A stretch of DNA of 64,000 nucleotides from Aplysia californica. Lineage: Eukaryota. Positions 12,401 through 26,383 of the stretch are shown here, piece by piece. The stretch is taken from positions 73,308 through 137,307 of the forward strand of contig NW_004797656.1 in assembly GCF_000002075.1 (NCBI RefSeq). The letters are read 5' to 3'. The notes beneath the pieces were generated by a model. That model made no database searches. It was not told where the DNA came from and was given only the letters and a program-made list of their open reading frames with translations. Position 1 is the first letter of the stretch. Each line of letters begins with the position of its first letter. The translations under genes and the position numbers were made by a program.

Positions 12401-14120
12401 TACCACTGTACATGACCCCCTCCCCCGATCATTTTTGCAGGTGATTGTCTTGGCCAGGTAGCCATAATAAGAGCAAGTTTGACTAAAATATGGGTGTCTG
12501 CATGTGTGGGCTATTTGTTGTTTGGGGTCCCAGTGAGAACCAGTTGCTTCTGGCATCTTTGGGAATTTCCATAAATGCAGCATTGTTGTGGTGATTGATA
12601 GCATATTGAAACTGAAACGGAGCCATTGGCAACACAGTGTAAGTGAAGGGAAAGAAGGAACAGTGAAGGGGCCAATTGTTATATTTACTAATTGCAAGCT
12701 TTAACCGTGTAAGACTAGTAAGAGGAACAATTAGTACAATTGGAAAAGTTTATTGCCCTTTGCTCAAATCACGCCCTTGTGAGGATTTATTTAGAATGGG
12801 TTCTTATGCAAAAGGTGTTACAAGAGAGCAACAAACATAAAAAAGAAGAAGAGATTTAGGATGATAGCTGTTTGATGAGAAAGAAGGAGCAAACGACTCC
12901 GGAGCGCCTACCAACCACCCACCTTCATGAATCTCAGGAGGTATGACTATGATATAATTGTAAACATTTTATGCCCACATTGACTTAATTTTGCATTTTT
13001 TTATTTAGAAGGTGGGCTGCTTCAACCCAACCTGTCAGGGTCAACTCAGGCTTAGAGAGATACAGTGTCTAGGCAGGCAGATGGAGTTACTCGATAAAAA
13101 AAACTTCACAAAAGATTTGCACTCACAGCTTTTGTAAGTGTCTGTTAAGAGCTTGAACATTATCCCTCAGACTCAGATGTATTATTTAGAGAAACTTCAG
13201 TGAATCAGGATGAGTTTCAAGATTAATTGTTTCATTGGGTCTTATTGCGCTTTTGAATTCACTGTCATTGATATTCTGTTTTTTTAATGACTTGAAAGGA
13301 GGAAAAAAAGTCTGAAATATTATTTCTTATGTAGTGAGTGCCAGGTTTCATTGACTTCCGAATCAATTACTGCTCGTTCACTGCACATAGTGTACATAAC
13401 CTTGAATACCTTTCTTTCAAAACCTGTCTCTAAGCATGCATGTTCAGAATACACACATGGAATACATAGCATTGTAGGATGATATTGGATCTGACCACAT
13501 TCATGCAAGCAAAACACAATTATGAGGCCTCACTATCACACACTACACAGAGAGGGAGAGGTAGGGAGACAAACATATGTAAAGAATAAAAAGGTCTAAA
13601 GTTTAGATTCCGAGAGTGACAATAATTAGTCAAACGAAAGACATGAAACAGTCAATGTTTAATATATCACTCAAAATCAGTTCACATGAAGACCCCTGGC
13701 TGGCCAGGGGAGATAAAAAGTCCGTTATCACACCAACAGAGGGCACAACTGTGCTAGTGGAATGGAAGTCCTACGCCACAAGCTTCTCTGTAGTCAACAT
13801 CGGTCCTGGTGTCTTTTCTGCATATATAAGTTCACTTTGTTATTTTCTCATCCATGTCCATTTGTCATCAGAAGGTCTGGCTCATCACAACAGATCCTGT
13901 AAATCCCACGGTGCCAATCCCACCTTCAAATGACCAATGTGGTCTCACTGGGCATTAAAATTTGACAGAAAAAAAAAAAAATTCCACATAGTGTACTTTC
14001 TGTGGACTTATTATTTGTAAAAAAAAATTTTGTCATTCAGCAGAGAAGTTGATTCATAAAAATTATCAAAGAATAGGGGATGCAATTTACACAGAACAGT
14101 TCTACTGCTCGTATCAAAGT

Positions 14121-17100
14121 TCATTTGGCCTCAACAGTAGGCAGGACGACCACATGGGGCTGAGTTGAAGGTCGACTTTGATCACCACAATCTTTTCCTT
14201 TTCTGAAAAAAAAAAAAAAAAAAAAAATGTGAGGCATTCTGGTGAAATCGGGTGCTCGTCAAAATAGTGAAATCAGAGAAATTTAAGCATTTTTCAGCCA
14301 GTCTGGAAATTTTTTTCTTATTTTTGTTTTTTGGCTCAACACCTTGTATGTCCATTCAAAAACACTTTTTTTTTAAAGTGAGAATTTTGTGGGAAAAAAC
14401 TGATTAAAGGCACAAAAAAAGTAAATTTGCGGTTTCCAAGGACTCAGGTATGGAAGTCACCAAACTTTGGCGGCCATTTTCTCACTAATTTTACTTCTGA
14501 AACCAGGCGACATCATCTCCTTCAATTGTAAATATCTCGACTTCTATTCAAGAAAAATTGATATTTTGTTCACCGAAAGCAAAGCAAATGAACAACTGTT
14601 AAGGTGATTCTAATAACTTCATATGTCAAAAAATTGACGATCGCCTGATTTCACAGAGTTGTGATGTGACAAATATATTTCCCAGTCTACTCAGTACTTT
14701 TGAAATAGCATGTCAACTTCCTGATGGATAAGGTAAGGAAATTAATAAATAATAATAAATAGCATTTATACTGCGCATTTCCATTTCCTAAAAGATGCTC
14801 AATGCGCATTACAATGAAAAAGACATCACATCTTAAAAATTAATCGATACAAATGTGTACGTAAAACAAAGTATTATAAATATAATATAAATGCATATGT
14901 GTAAAATTTTATACCAGAAAAACAGTCTCGTAGTGAGGTTGAAAATGTGTTCACTAAAAATATACAATGGAATAAAAATTCACGAACAGTCAAAATAAAG
15001 TTGAAACGTGAGTAACTAGAAACATTCATTAAAACATTAATTCTATACAGATAGAAAAACATTTCCGTTCTATCTCTCTCTCTCTCTCTTTTCTCTCTCT
15101 CATTCTCACTCGCTATTTCTTCAGTCTCATAGTCTGGCATACACATGCATATATATCACAGTACATCATTATGACAGGTATGCTTTTTTCTGAATAAAAA
15201 ATGCTTCAGCTGATTTTTGAAAATGGAAATTGTTGGGGCAGATCTTATTTTATATGGGAGTTCGTTCCATACCTGGGGACCAAAGAACAAAAAGGAACAC
15301 TCGCCGTATGTTTTGTAATTTTGTTTTAGAGTTTTAAGAATTAGATTGTCAGAGGCTGATCTAAGGGCTCTAGGTGGATTATATAATTCCAGGAATGTTT
15401 TAAGATAAAAAGGTGCACTATCATTTATACATTTAAAACAGAGAACGGCAGTTTTGTATTTAATCCTTTCTTTTATTGGCAGCCAGTGTAGTTCTTTCAG
15501 TCGAATAAGTATGGATTTTTAAACAATGTAGGTATCTTGATGCCTCCCATGAACACAAGTTACATAATAATCATAATTTAGGAGGCAAGCCTCCAGCCCA
15601 GCAAAAAGACAGAGATATTCGTTAAAAATTCTCCCTACTCCATTATCAACCTTGGGTCTCCTGCATGCGACAGTGAAGCAGACTAACCGCTGCACGTCAG
15701 ACAGTGACTATGGATGAGTTGATGTCATTTCAACATAGTTTGCATATGATATACTTTTATGGAAGGATGGAGTGAACTATGCGAAATCTACAAGCACAAG
15801 TGTAATACTATTACAGTGGAGTCCACTTATGACGAGTCCTGAAATAACGAGAAGACTGTTATAAAGACACTATTCTAAAACCCTATTTTTTCCCTTCTTT
15901 ATCTTTGTAAATAAAATACTGCTATAACGCTATCAGACAAACAGGTGAGTCGGTTATAGCAGAATATTGTTGCTGCTGTGCACAGCACATAGGCCAATTA
16001 TAAGATGTAAAACCTTGCCAGTTGAGAAACTTAAATGGTGATCTAGCGAAACAAAGAATGGGAGAGCCCACTTGTGCCAACAATGAAGGCCGAAGCGAAT
16101 GAGTAGGCAGGGAGTGGCATGCGCAGACAAGCAGAACGCATAACGTGACAGGCCAGCCCAGTGTAGATTATCTAGGCGTACCATGCCTCTCACTTTTCCG
16201 ATGCGGGGATGGAGAGGTCACAGCGCTGTGATGGATGGAGCGAATGTGTGAGTGTGACGTGCGCAAGCAGACAGAACGCACAACTGGGTGTGGTGTGGTG
16301 GGGTGGGGGACAGCACAGCGGGCGAGTCAGCCTAGAGCTAGAGCCCCTTTTTTCTAATCGCCAACACCGAATTGTCAACATCACATCGCTAGCGCAAGAG
16401 AAAGAAACCCGATTTGATTTTTGATTAAGTAAGACCGAGACACTAGAAGTCATGTTGAACAAAACCATCATCAGGGGAGATAAAAAAAAAAAAGAAAAAC
16501 ACAGAACACCAAACTCATAGATTAGGCCTTCTTTATTTTTTGCCTTCAATATATTACTGGATCCCTTATAACAAATATCCTGCTATTCCCTCTCGTTATA
16601 ACAGGATTCCACATTTGATGTGTCTCAGTAGATCTAATGCTGAATACTGACCATATGCACGCAGGCCTGTTCCTAGGCAATCACATTTATATGGCAGTGT
16701 ATGCAAGTAAAATTATCCAATTAAATTCAAATGGCACTGCAAAAGAGACTAATTAGTAGAAGGTTTACTTGTTGTCTTGAACGCTGTGCCATGCCCTTCG
16801 GCCTTACTTATAGAAAGAGGAATCCCCCATGCACAGTTAGAAATGAACTTTCAAAATCAGTTTGATTTTATTTGAATTTTGAATACCACTAAGACGGGGA
16901 AAATCTTGTGTACCTCAGAAGAAGTGCTTACCTGGATGGTTGCTCAGGCAAAGGCTCCATTTCGGGTGGCAGCAGATCCAGCTCATTGTCTGACATGATT
17001 TGATTCTCTGCAAAAAGGTGGAAATCATATGAAGTCACAGATATCTAGTCCTATACATGACTATAATACAGTGGAAACCCAGTATACATCTCATTCTCAA

Positions 17101-20100
17101 TCTCCCCCATCCCCCACACCCAAAAGAAAAAAAACGATACCACCAGCCCCATCTACCGTCAAGTTTTGCTAACGCATATAAAGAGGAATGCATGCAAGTA
17201 TTACCATTCACCACATGCCTGAGATGTTCAGACCCTACTAAGCTAATGTAAATTTGCCCTGCGGTGTAAACTGGCCACCAGAGATAGATTCACACAACAA
17301 ATGGAGTATGGTATCCATTCCACAGCTTCACAAGCAGTGATAATCTTCCTTTCTCTCACACACAACTTTGTGACTGTGAGCTAGTGCTGGTCGTCAATTC
17401 CCTCCCTCCCTGCCCATCCCACCTCCCCACTTTTTGTCCTTCCGGTATGGTACTTGTAAATTTCAAGCAGCATGCATTTGACAAGTCAGTAGTTCATGTA
17501 ATTTTTCAATTTGAATTTATATGGTCATGACTAATACAATCAGTTGGAGATGTGAGGAGTTTATAACTGCTTTCCCTGTATGCATGGCAATTGCAGAAAA
17601 TAGATGACATGAAATTTACCTCAGTTTGTCTCTATAGCCCGTTCACTTTCGTCTGACCACGGTTAAAACAGGATAAATAGGCCTACAAATTTTCTGGGTC
17701 TTTGCATGCGGGTCTAAAAGTTAAGCAACCAACAGAATCTAAAAGTCCATTCATAAAAGTCACAGCAAACTAAGGTTCCGACACATTTTCTTTGATGTAA
17801 GCCTGAAGCGGGTAAAATAAATAGTAGGGGATTTACAGCATACACCTTTAACATTGAAAAGTTGACATATTTTCCTCAACACAACTCTTTAACCTTTGCC
17901 TGAGAAACACAATTCAAGGGACGGAGAGAGTAATTTTCGAGACTCATGTGGAGACGTCTAAACAGCTGAGGGATGAAATCTACAACTTTACACTGAAATG
18001 TGGGGATAAGGCGGTGTAGCTGTCTCAAAATGAAGAATTTGAAGGCTACATTACTGTAAGTCATTTATTTTAGTGATCCTGCGTATGCATCCAAAAAGTG
18101 GTTTTTAATATAGGACCCAAAGAGAAAAACTTTTTATTTACTGGATCAAGATTTTTTTAAAATATTTTTTCATTTGGTTGCTGGTTTGCAGAAGTGCAAT
18201 GCAAAGTTAGGTGGGCATAGGTAAATTAGCAAAATGAGCTAGAATTATTTTTTTTACGTGGTCAGACGAAAGTGAACAAACTATACCAGTCTTTAACACA
18301 AACCAAGGCAGAAAAGCAGGCATGCTTGACCAGTCAGGAAAAGTAAGAAATTTGGAAACATATTTGAAAACATGGCCTTCTAAAAGTCACAACAGCAAAT
18401 CACCCTCCATTTCTCTGCAGCTTGGCAGAAGGCAGTAAAAGCTTCTCATGATAATGTCCTTCATCTAGTATCGTAATTGCAGAATCCGTTCCATTGATGA
18501 TGGGCACTCAGTGCTGTTTAGCAGAGGACCTTGTTATACTGCCTGCCCCACAATACGGCCAATTTCATGCTCATTCAAACGGAAGTGGTATAAAAGGGTT
18601 TGGCAATACATTCAAAGTGGGTGCATACTGTATTAATCCTCGTCCTGCGGGGGCCAGGTTTATGTCGCTCGAAAAGCCTATTTTGACACCTCGCCTTCGT
18701 TCCGGTCCCATGTCAGTCAGGACCCTGGCTCAGGGCACGGGCGCCGAGCATCATCTCCATTCAATTCGGGTCCCGCGTCGGACCTGCATTCACGCGGCTC
18801 AAGTGTGTGTGCATCAGTCTGCTTGAGTTTGTGCGCGTTTGTGGCCTATTTCTAGAACCGCCTGCGTTGGTCTTAACCGAGGCATACGTCTCATTCAAAA
18901 CATGCAAAGTTGGTACAGTAGTCTCCGCCTAAACGCACGGTGCTCGGGAGGGCTCCTTAGTGTGTGTTTACACGGAGCGTGCATTTACATGAACCTTTGC
19001 AAGGGATGAAGGGACACAGTCATCTCAATTCCTAATTACTCTAGCAATCTCCCTTGGAGGAGGGGGTCATTTAGGCAGATAAGGTGACGACACGTGACTG
19101 TTTTGTGAAGGGTTCCCCAACAGGGGTTAAAAATACAAAGGCGTTGAATGGGGGGGGGGGGGGGGGGAACAAACTCAAAGTAATGAATATGCACCATAAA
19201 CATCGGGAACAGATAGCCTATGACTATGAGGAAACGGTTGGTGATAGTCATAGAGTCGACGGACCAGCCACGTGACTTTCCAAGCGACCGTCCCCGACCG
19301 TAAATTCATGCAGAATCATCCTCGAGAAACATTTTCTCTTGTGATTTGTTGAACAAGTACGTAATAAGTTCTTTCAGCGCAGCTTATTAGGCTTACTTGG
19401 CTAATCTTTAATCATATAGAGGCCTGTCTAGTGTTTTACGGCGTTTTCGCATTTCGCGCATCAGGTTAGATCTAACTAAACATTACACGCAGTCACTCAA
19501 ACACCAGTCTGAAACCTTCTCTCAAAGATTACATTTCCAGTGACCAATCAAAAAACATTTCAGTCCCCCCAATCCCCCCCCCCCCCCTCCCCCAAACATT
19601 TAACCGACCAGACCGAGATCGAGACCTATGCGTCAGTGGAAAGTAGGGTGTGCAAACGTTGTCTATCACTCGCTTTGTCCGGCGTGAGGGGCACTCTCAC
19701 CAAATATCCGGTTTTCTAGTAAATTCTAGGCTTGCCGTATGCAGTCTGTGCAGGTTGTAGTGAAAATTTCCCCTTGCCAAGCCTTGTCGGCGTGTTTCGC
19801 GGATCGGAGCGTGCGTTTAGAGGGAGTGACCGTGCGTTTGTACGTCTAAATTATATAGAAAAAAAACCGTCAGATGACGAAAGCGTGCGTTTGAGCGGAG
19901 CGTGCTTTTGTATGGCGTGCGTTTAGACGGAGACTACTGTAGCTCTAGATGTTCGTCCAATGAAATTAGAATAAATTGACCCACTTAGACATGAGGAGCT
20001 CGAAAGGATAGTCAGGAAACAAGACTTTCATTTTTCAATAAAAAATCTTTCAAATGAGTTTGACTTTGTATGAAATGATACTACCTGATAAAAAATAAGC

Positions 20101-23100
20101 TTGTTTGATAGTTTTGAATACCATTGTGCAGGTAAAAAGAACAATTTGAGAGCAAAACATTTGGAAATTGACCTATATTATCCCCTTTCGAACCCCAGAT
20201 CATTCATAACAACAAGAGCGTCTAAAAAGGTTATTTGAACGGGCGTAACTACTTGTAAGGTCTTATCAGCTTATGAGAGGGGGTTATTCCTGTGTTCGTA
20301 ACATTTTATAAATAGAAAGCTATTATAAAAGAAAGAGCGTGATTTTCGTCATCGATTAACACCCTCCCACGGTATTAATGGCGAAAACGCATGTTTCCAG
20401 GCCCGCTCACTGTACACCAGCAGTACACACTGAGTGACCCTGGCAGCCTGCCCGGAACGTTCAACGTAGTCGGCTGCAGATACGATTCCCATCTCAGCAC
20501 AGACGCAGGACAAGAATTAAGAGAAGGTAAATCATGAAAGTTGAAGAAATGAAGCAAAATGACACTCAAAGTAGCCAAATTTTTTTCAATAAATGGCTAT
20601 TGCATTCTTAACAAGGATAGGAAAGATTATACAGTTAAGTTTAGGCTATTGAGCACACCTGTATATAAGCGCAGCCAGTAGATTTGTTAAAAATCGAAAT
20701 TTTTTTCACAAATATGCCGCAGATTATACAATACAGATTAAATACATCACGTTCATTCAGTACTATCATCTTCATGTCTGCTGAATCCACGGCAAACTTC
20801 TTCTGGTCTTCCGAGTTGGAGTTGAACAGATCAAGCAGTGTTGCGGAAAACATGTCAACTTTATAAGTTGCATGCTAAAATAGATGAAGGAGTGATGCTC
20901 CAGCAAATGCAAAAATCTGCAAATAAGCCTCGTTGCTGTTTTAGCAGCAGGGTTTAACACTTTGCCACAACATCTCACCGATCAGCAAGAACACCGAACT
21001 TCCACTCTCATCACAAAACACCGATCGGCAATGTTTACCACCCAGTTTCTTCGGATTTCCTCTAAAATGCTTGTGATGGCATGGGTTTTTACAATATGAG
21101 CCTAATGATGACAAAGTGTTAAAGCTGAGAAAAAATATTGCAGCTTATAATCCAAACTTTTGAGTAAGTAATCTTATACAGCTTACCATCAGCAGAAAAC
21201 ATAGCAGTGCCCCGTCCACTGGGAGCAGAAACAGTGTAAGAAATGTAATCCCGCTCTTGTGCCTGGTTTCCAGTTTTGCTGCCTCTCCGAATCTCAGGCT
21301 TGGGGGGACAAATAAACATGAATTACAATTAAAGCATGGACATGAAATAAGATCTGGTGCAAATATTACATGCTCTAGGGTATGTGTGCAGCANNNNNNN
21401 NNNNNNNNNNNNNNNNNNNNNNNNNNNNNNNNNNNNNNNNNNNNNNNNNNNNNNNNNNNNNNNNNNNNNNNNNNNNNNNNNNNNNNNNNNNNNNNNNNNN
21501 NNNNNNNNNNNNNNNNNNNNNNNNNNNNNNNNNNNNNNNNNNNNNNNNNNNNNNNNNNNNNNNNNNNNNNNNNNNNNNNNNNNNNNNTTATTGTACTATC
21601 TCTACTTAATTGTATGTCTCTTTGCTCTTTGTCTATCTACAGACAACACTATCTGTCCAATCTTGGACTCATATCACTAGTATCGGTCAAAATAAATGGA
21701 ATAAAAATGAGTGGGGAATTCTCACTGTGCATGGAAATTATATATATATTTATACATTTACTTGTCTTTTTGGTAATTCTTTATCGGCTTACACATACTC
21801 TGTGTTTGTGTGAGGGGGGGGGGGGGGGGTTATGAAAAGATAGGACTTATAGGGTATACAGGCAGTCAAATACTCAATTTTTTTAAATTAAATTCTCCAA
21901 CAAAATCATTTACTCTTTTTGACTATAAATGAATAATTAAACAGTAGACAGTTAATGAGTGCAACCAAAACTCACAAGTGGCTTTTTACTAGGACTTGAT
22001 GCTGGAGCCTTTGTGGGCAATACCCCGGAGGGCATATCAGTCTGGAGAGAAAGAATGGTTGTCATGTTGATTTTGAAATTAAAATATGAAGCTAACTAAA
22101 TGTCAAGCATAGGTCTACAAGCACAATAAAACGGGCATGAAGGTACTTTAAATGGAACCAAGAAGTCAGCATCACAAAACACAATAAAGGATCTAAAGTC
22201 ATCTCCTGAGAATTCAAGGGACTGTACCTGCACAGAACATGTACAATCCTTTGTCCCAGTAATAGAGGTGATAGTAGTGAAATTGTACATGTACAGGTTT
22301 GTGGCCTTTACTTGCCAGGTTTTCCTAGTCTCAATCCTTTTTTAACATAATATGTGAGGCATCATGGTAAAATCAGGCGCTTGTCAAAATAATGAAATTG
22401 AAGAAACATGCAAATTTTCGTTTTTTGGCTTACACCTTTTATGTCTATTTAAAAACACATTTATGTGTGGATTTTATCGAAAAGCGTAGACTAAAGGATC
22501 AATTTTTTTAAATGCAAATTTTCGGTTTCCAAAGACTCTAAAGCTACGGAAGTCACCAAACTTTGGTGGCCATTAAGTTGTACCTCTTAAACCAGGCGAT
22601 ACCTATCTCCTTCAATTGCAAAATATCTCGACTTCTGTTCACAATAGATGGGGGGGTGGGGGAGTTTTCATAAGAAGCAAAACAAATGTTAATGAGCAAG
22701 CTTTAAGAAGATACCAATAACTCTGAGTGCCCACAACTAGACCGGCACCTGATTTCACTGCGTCGTGATACATATAGGCTCCCTATATATGGTAAAATCA
22801 TACAGTGGGTGTCGCATTCAATGAGAAGTCAGCTACAACAAGGAAATCCTTAATCCCCGATTTTTCCTCTATATCTCTTTGTAAATGTACGTCAGCTCCA
22901 ACAAGGTTGCAAACAGACAGAAGTCGCTTTCAACGAGGTCGCGATAACCAAATAAAAGCAATTAGCGGCCCCAAAGGCCAAGAGTTTTTCTCCTTTCTCT
23001 CCATCTCACACGAAGCACAAGGCCCATCCTCGATTTCTAACACACTGTATTGCTAGATCTAGTGTGCCTCCTAATAATATGGGCCCCAAAGCCAAGAGGA

Positions 23101-26100
23101 TGGGCGAGGGTTAGCCTACGGTACAGATGGGGTGGGAACGCGATGCGGTCAGTGTGGAACTGGATGAACTCTGGATGGGTAGGTCTAGATCGAGACCTTC
23201 ATATTGTTAAATTTATTTTTTTTCCCTCAATCAGGAAATCCAAGCTCTGGCCTTTTACTTTATGTAGGTCTAGGCCTAGATGTGAGAGGGTATGTTTCCA
23301 CCTGAAAAGTGTTCCGTAAAAAAATATATTTTAAAATGCAGAAATGACGGTCTAAACACAGCTCAAACACGCGCACACTGATGCTGTTTGAGATTTTCGT
23401 CGTCAGCGGGAACAACTGTTCTAATTACTGGTATTGGTACATCGAGTAATATAATAACTTGTCTCCTTTCTTTTCTTCAGCCTTAATCACATTCAATGAG
23501 AGATCGGATCCAACGAGGACAACAAGCCGGCCCCGGCAACCTCGTTGAATGCGACACCCACTGTATAACTTTCCTGGACACCACAGTCTATTTGTTAGCA
23601 ATGCTTGGAGGGTTAAGAGAAAAGATGCATCTTGAAAGCCAATGGTCACTGTAAACTAGCAAAGTGACAACGCTAGTAAACCTTGTGAGTTAAGAAAAAT
23701 GTTATCCTCTAGCAAGTTCTAGTGGACATTCAAATGGGGGTATTTTTTTTTTTGGGGGGGGGGGGGGGGGGTGGGGGTTNNNNNNNNNNNNNNNNNNNNN
23801 NNNNNNNNNNNNNNNNNNNNNNNNNNNNNNNNNNNNNNNNNNNNNNNNNNNNNNNNNNNNNNNNNNNNNNNNNNNNNNNGGGGGGGGAGGGGGGGTTGGT
23901 GTTTTTCACAATAAAAGTTACCTGCTTTTGTTTTAGTTGAGTGTGGATCTTTGAGTTCAAAACAAATACCGGTATTTCAAAGTTTAACTCTGATCATTTT
24001 CAAGTATAAAAGCATCCAAAAATATTGAAACATTTATCACAAACATCTTCACTAACAATGTTGTATACTGAAATATTTCATCTACATGACAAATACTGGC
24101 CACCCTATCACAATATGCCCAAGGCCCAGGAAGTTGTCCCACTAACAAAGCAATCCTCAATGTCCGGATCGGATGTGGGAACAACTTTACATGACACAGC
24201 TATGACCAAACCATACAAACAAAACATGCTTAACTCACCGAGTAGCTGACGGCAGCGTGGTGCAGTTGAGCAGCCTGTCTTTGAAGTGTTTGTCTCAAGT
24301 AACTTTCATCTTTTAGCGCATGCATGCTGTTGAGTAGGAGGCATTGTTTTAGTTTCATTAATGGAAGACGGAAAAAGGTAAAAAAAGCATAATATATAAT
24401 ATAAATGGGGGAAAATTACAAAAGATATCAACAAGATTATCTTTTCGTGAAATCAAATAGTATAGTATCAAAATCCTTTGAAAACAGGCCCATAAAACAT
24501 ACAGGACCTGTGCACCTAAACAACAGTATTTACACCTTTTGTAAGGAAAAGTTAAGGTAGTATTTGCTAGGGTCTGCGTTTAGCTAAAAGGAATTGATAA
24601 TAATATCAATAATAATAACAATCACATTAAAAGCAATCACATTATTAATAAATTGCATTTACATTGCTCATTTTCAGCTCAACAAGGTCCTCAAAGTGCA
24701 TCACAATAAAAAAAAAAGTCAAGGCATGGCCAACACATGCACAATCAAGAAAGAATAAAAGTCTCTACTAAAAATTACACCTTACCCCATTACAGCATTC
24801 TGTACAGCGCCTAGCTATAATTGAGCATCTACAGCTCAAAGCATCTTTATAAAAAAAAAGGAGTCAAAATCAATTAACTCCACAAAAAGGAAGAAGAGGG
24901 AGTTGGAGGCAATTTTTTAAGGTACATCCTTTCTTGGGACGAGATATGAACAGTCTTACATTTCAGTAATATGATAACATCCTTCTTCTCCTCTGTCCCC
25001 CACCCCCACTCATACTTTGGCATGACACAGTAAGAGTTTAAAGCATCCAGTTTGTCTTTTAACTGGTTGAGCCCCATAGCATTTGCAGAAAGGAGAAGAG
25101 TTGACACAGAATTGCGACAACAAACAAAATCCGTAGTAAGTGATCAAATGTCAGTTGAGATTGACTTTTGTGTCGAGTGAACATTTTTAAAGCGAGAACT
25201 CCTATTTGAAGACAGACTGGATAAAATTGTAGAAGCACCAACCTTTACATTACAGAGGTATTTTGCAGATTATTTCACATGGGTAATGCATCATCCGTAA
25301 AAACTGCAAGAGACACCGTCTTATATATCGCAATGGAGCTGACAGAAAGTCTATAAAAATAATTACCTTTGTTGAAGAATGGCAAACTTTTTCTCCCAAG
25401 TTCTGTGTGCCTTTTCTACCTCTGCTTGTAGCCTGAAATGAAATAGCCCAGTGCTTTCAAACCAAAATGACAATCTACTATTTTATGAAATACAGACTAA
25501 TCACTCTCTCGTCATGCCAACTAACATACTAAATTTGAAATTTCACTTAAAGTATAATTCTTAGTCATTCTAAACATTAACATTTTTCCTAGATGGAACA
25601 GAAAATTTCAATACATTTTTCTGACCTAGGCTGAGTATTTGATTATGAATAACATTTCTATTTATCATTTACTCAAACTTATTTTGAAATTAAAGTTACT
25701 TTTTCACAGAACTGTTGCTTATGACATCTTTAGATGAAATTAACATAACTGGCGGCATAAGGTCCTTACCTAAGGATTTCAGTTTTCAGTTTGTCTTCTG
25801 ACTCTTTCAACGTTTTTGAGCTAATAGAGTCCTGTGTAGCAGAGCTTGACTTTTCTTTCTCCTGAAAAAACACCAAAAAAACAGTAACATATAAATATAC
25901 ACAGGCACAGGCACGAACATTCAAAACTCAAAATCACAGACAGCCTGTACAATATGCCATTCCCCTACTGAACCGCTATGTTTTCTTTCTGTTGGCAACA
26001 CTTTTCTCAAAGAGTTCCCAAAGCTCCTCTTTAAAAAAAAACAATCAAGTTTTTCATACAACTGTCTTGAATTCAAATCACACTGCTCACACAAGGGAAA

Positions 26101-26339
26101 ATAACACACCTATCGTCACTGAGAGCAAGGTTACATGAGCGCACTGCACTCACCCTCGTACAGGGTGATACGCACACTGCTGACTGCTGGTATTGGGACA
26201 CATCTTTGCCTGTAGTGTACATAAAGCACTAGGATTTTCTTGAATATAGTCATGTGAATGTGAGGGTGGATGCTGGGTGGTGGGGTGAGATCGGAGATAG
26301 ACAGTGTGGTGATGCGTTGAGCTGTATGTGTGTGCATTA

Positions 26340-26383
<44 letters not shown>

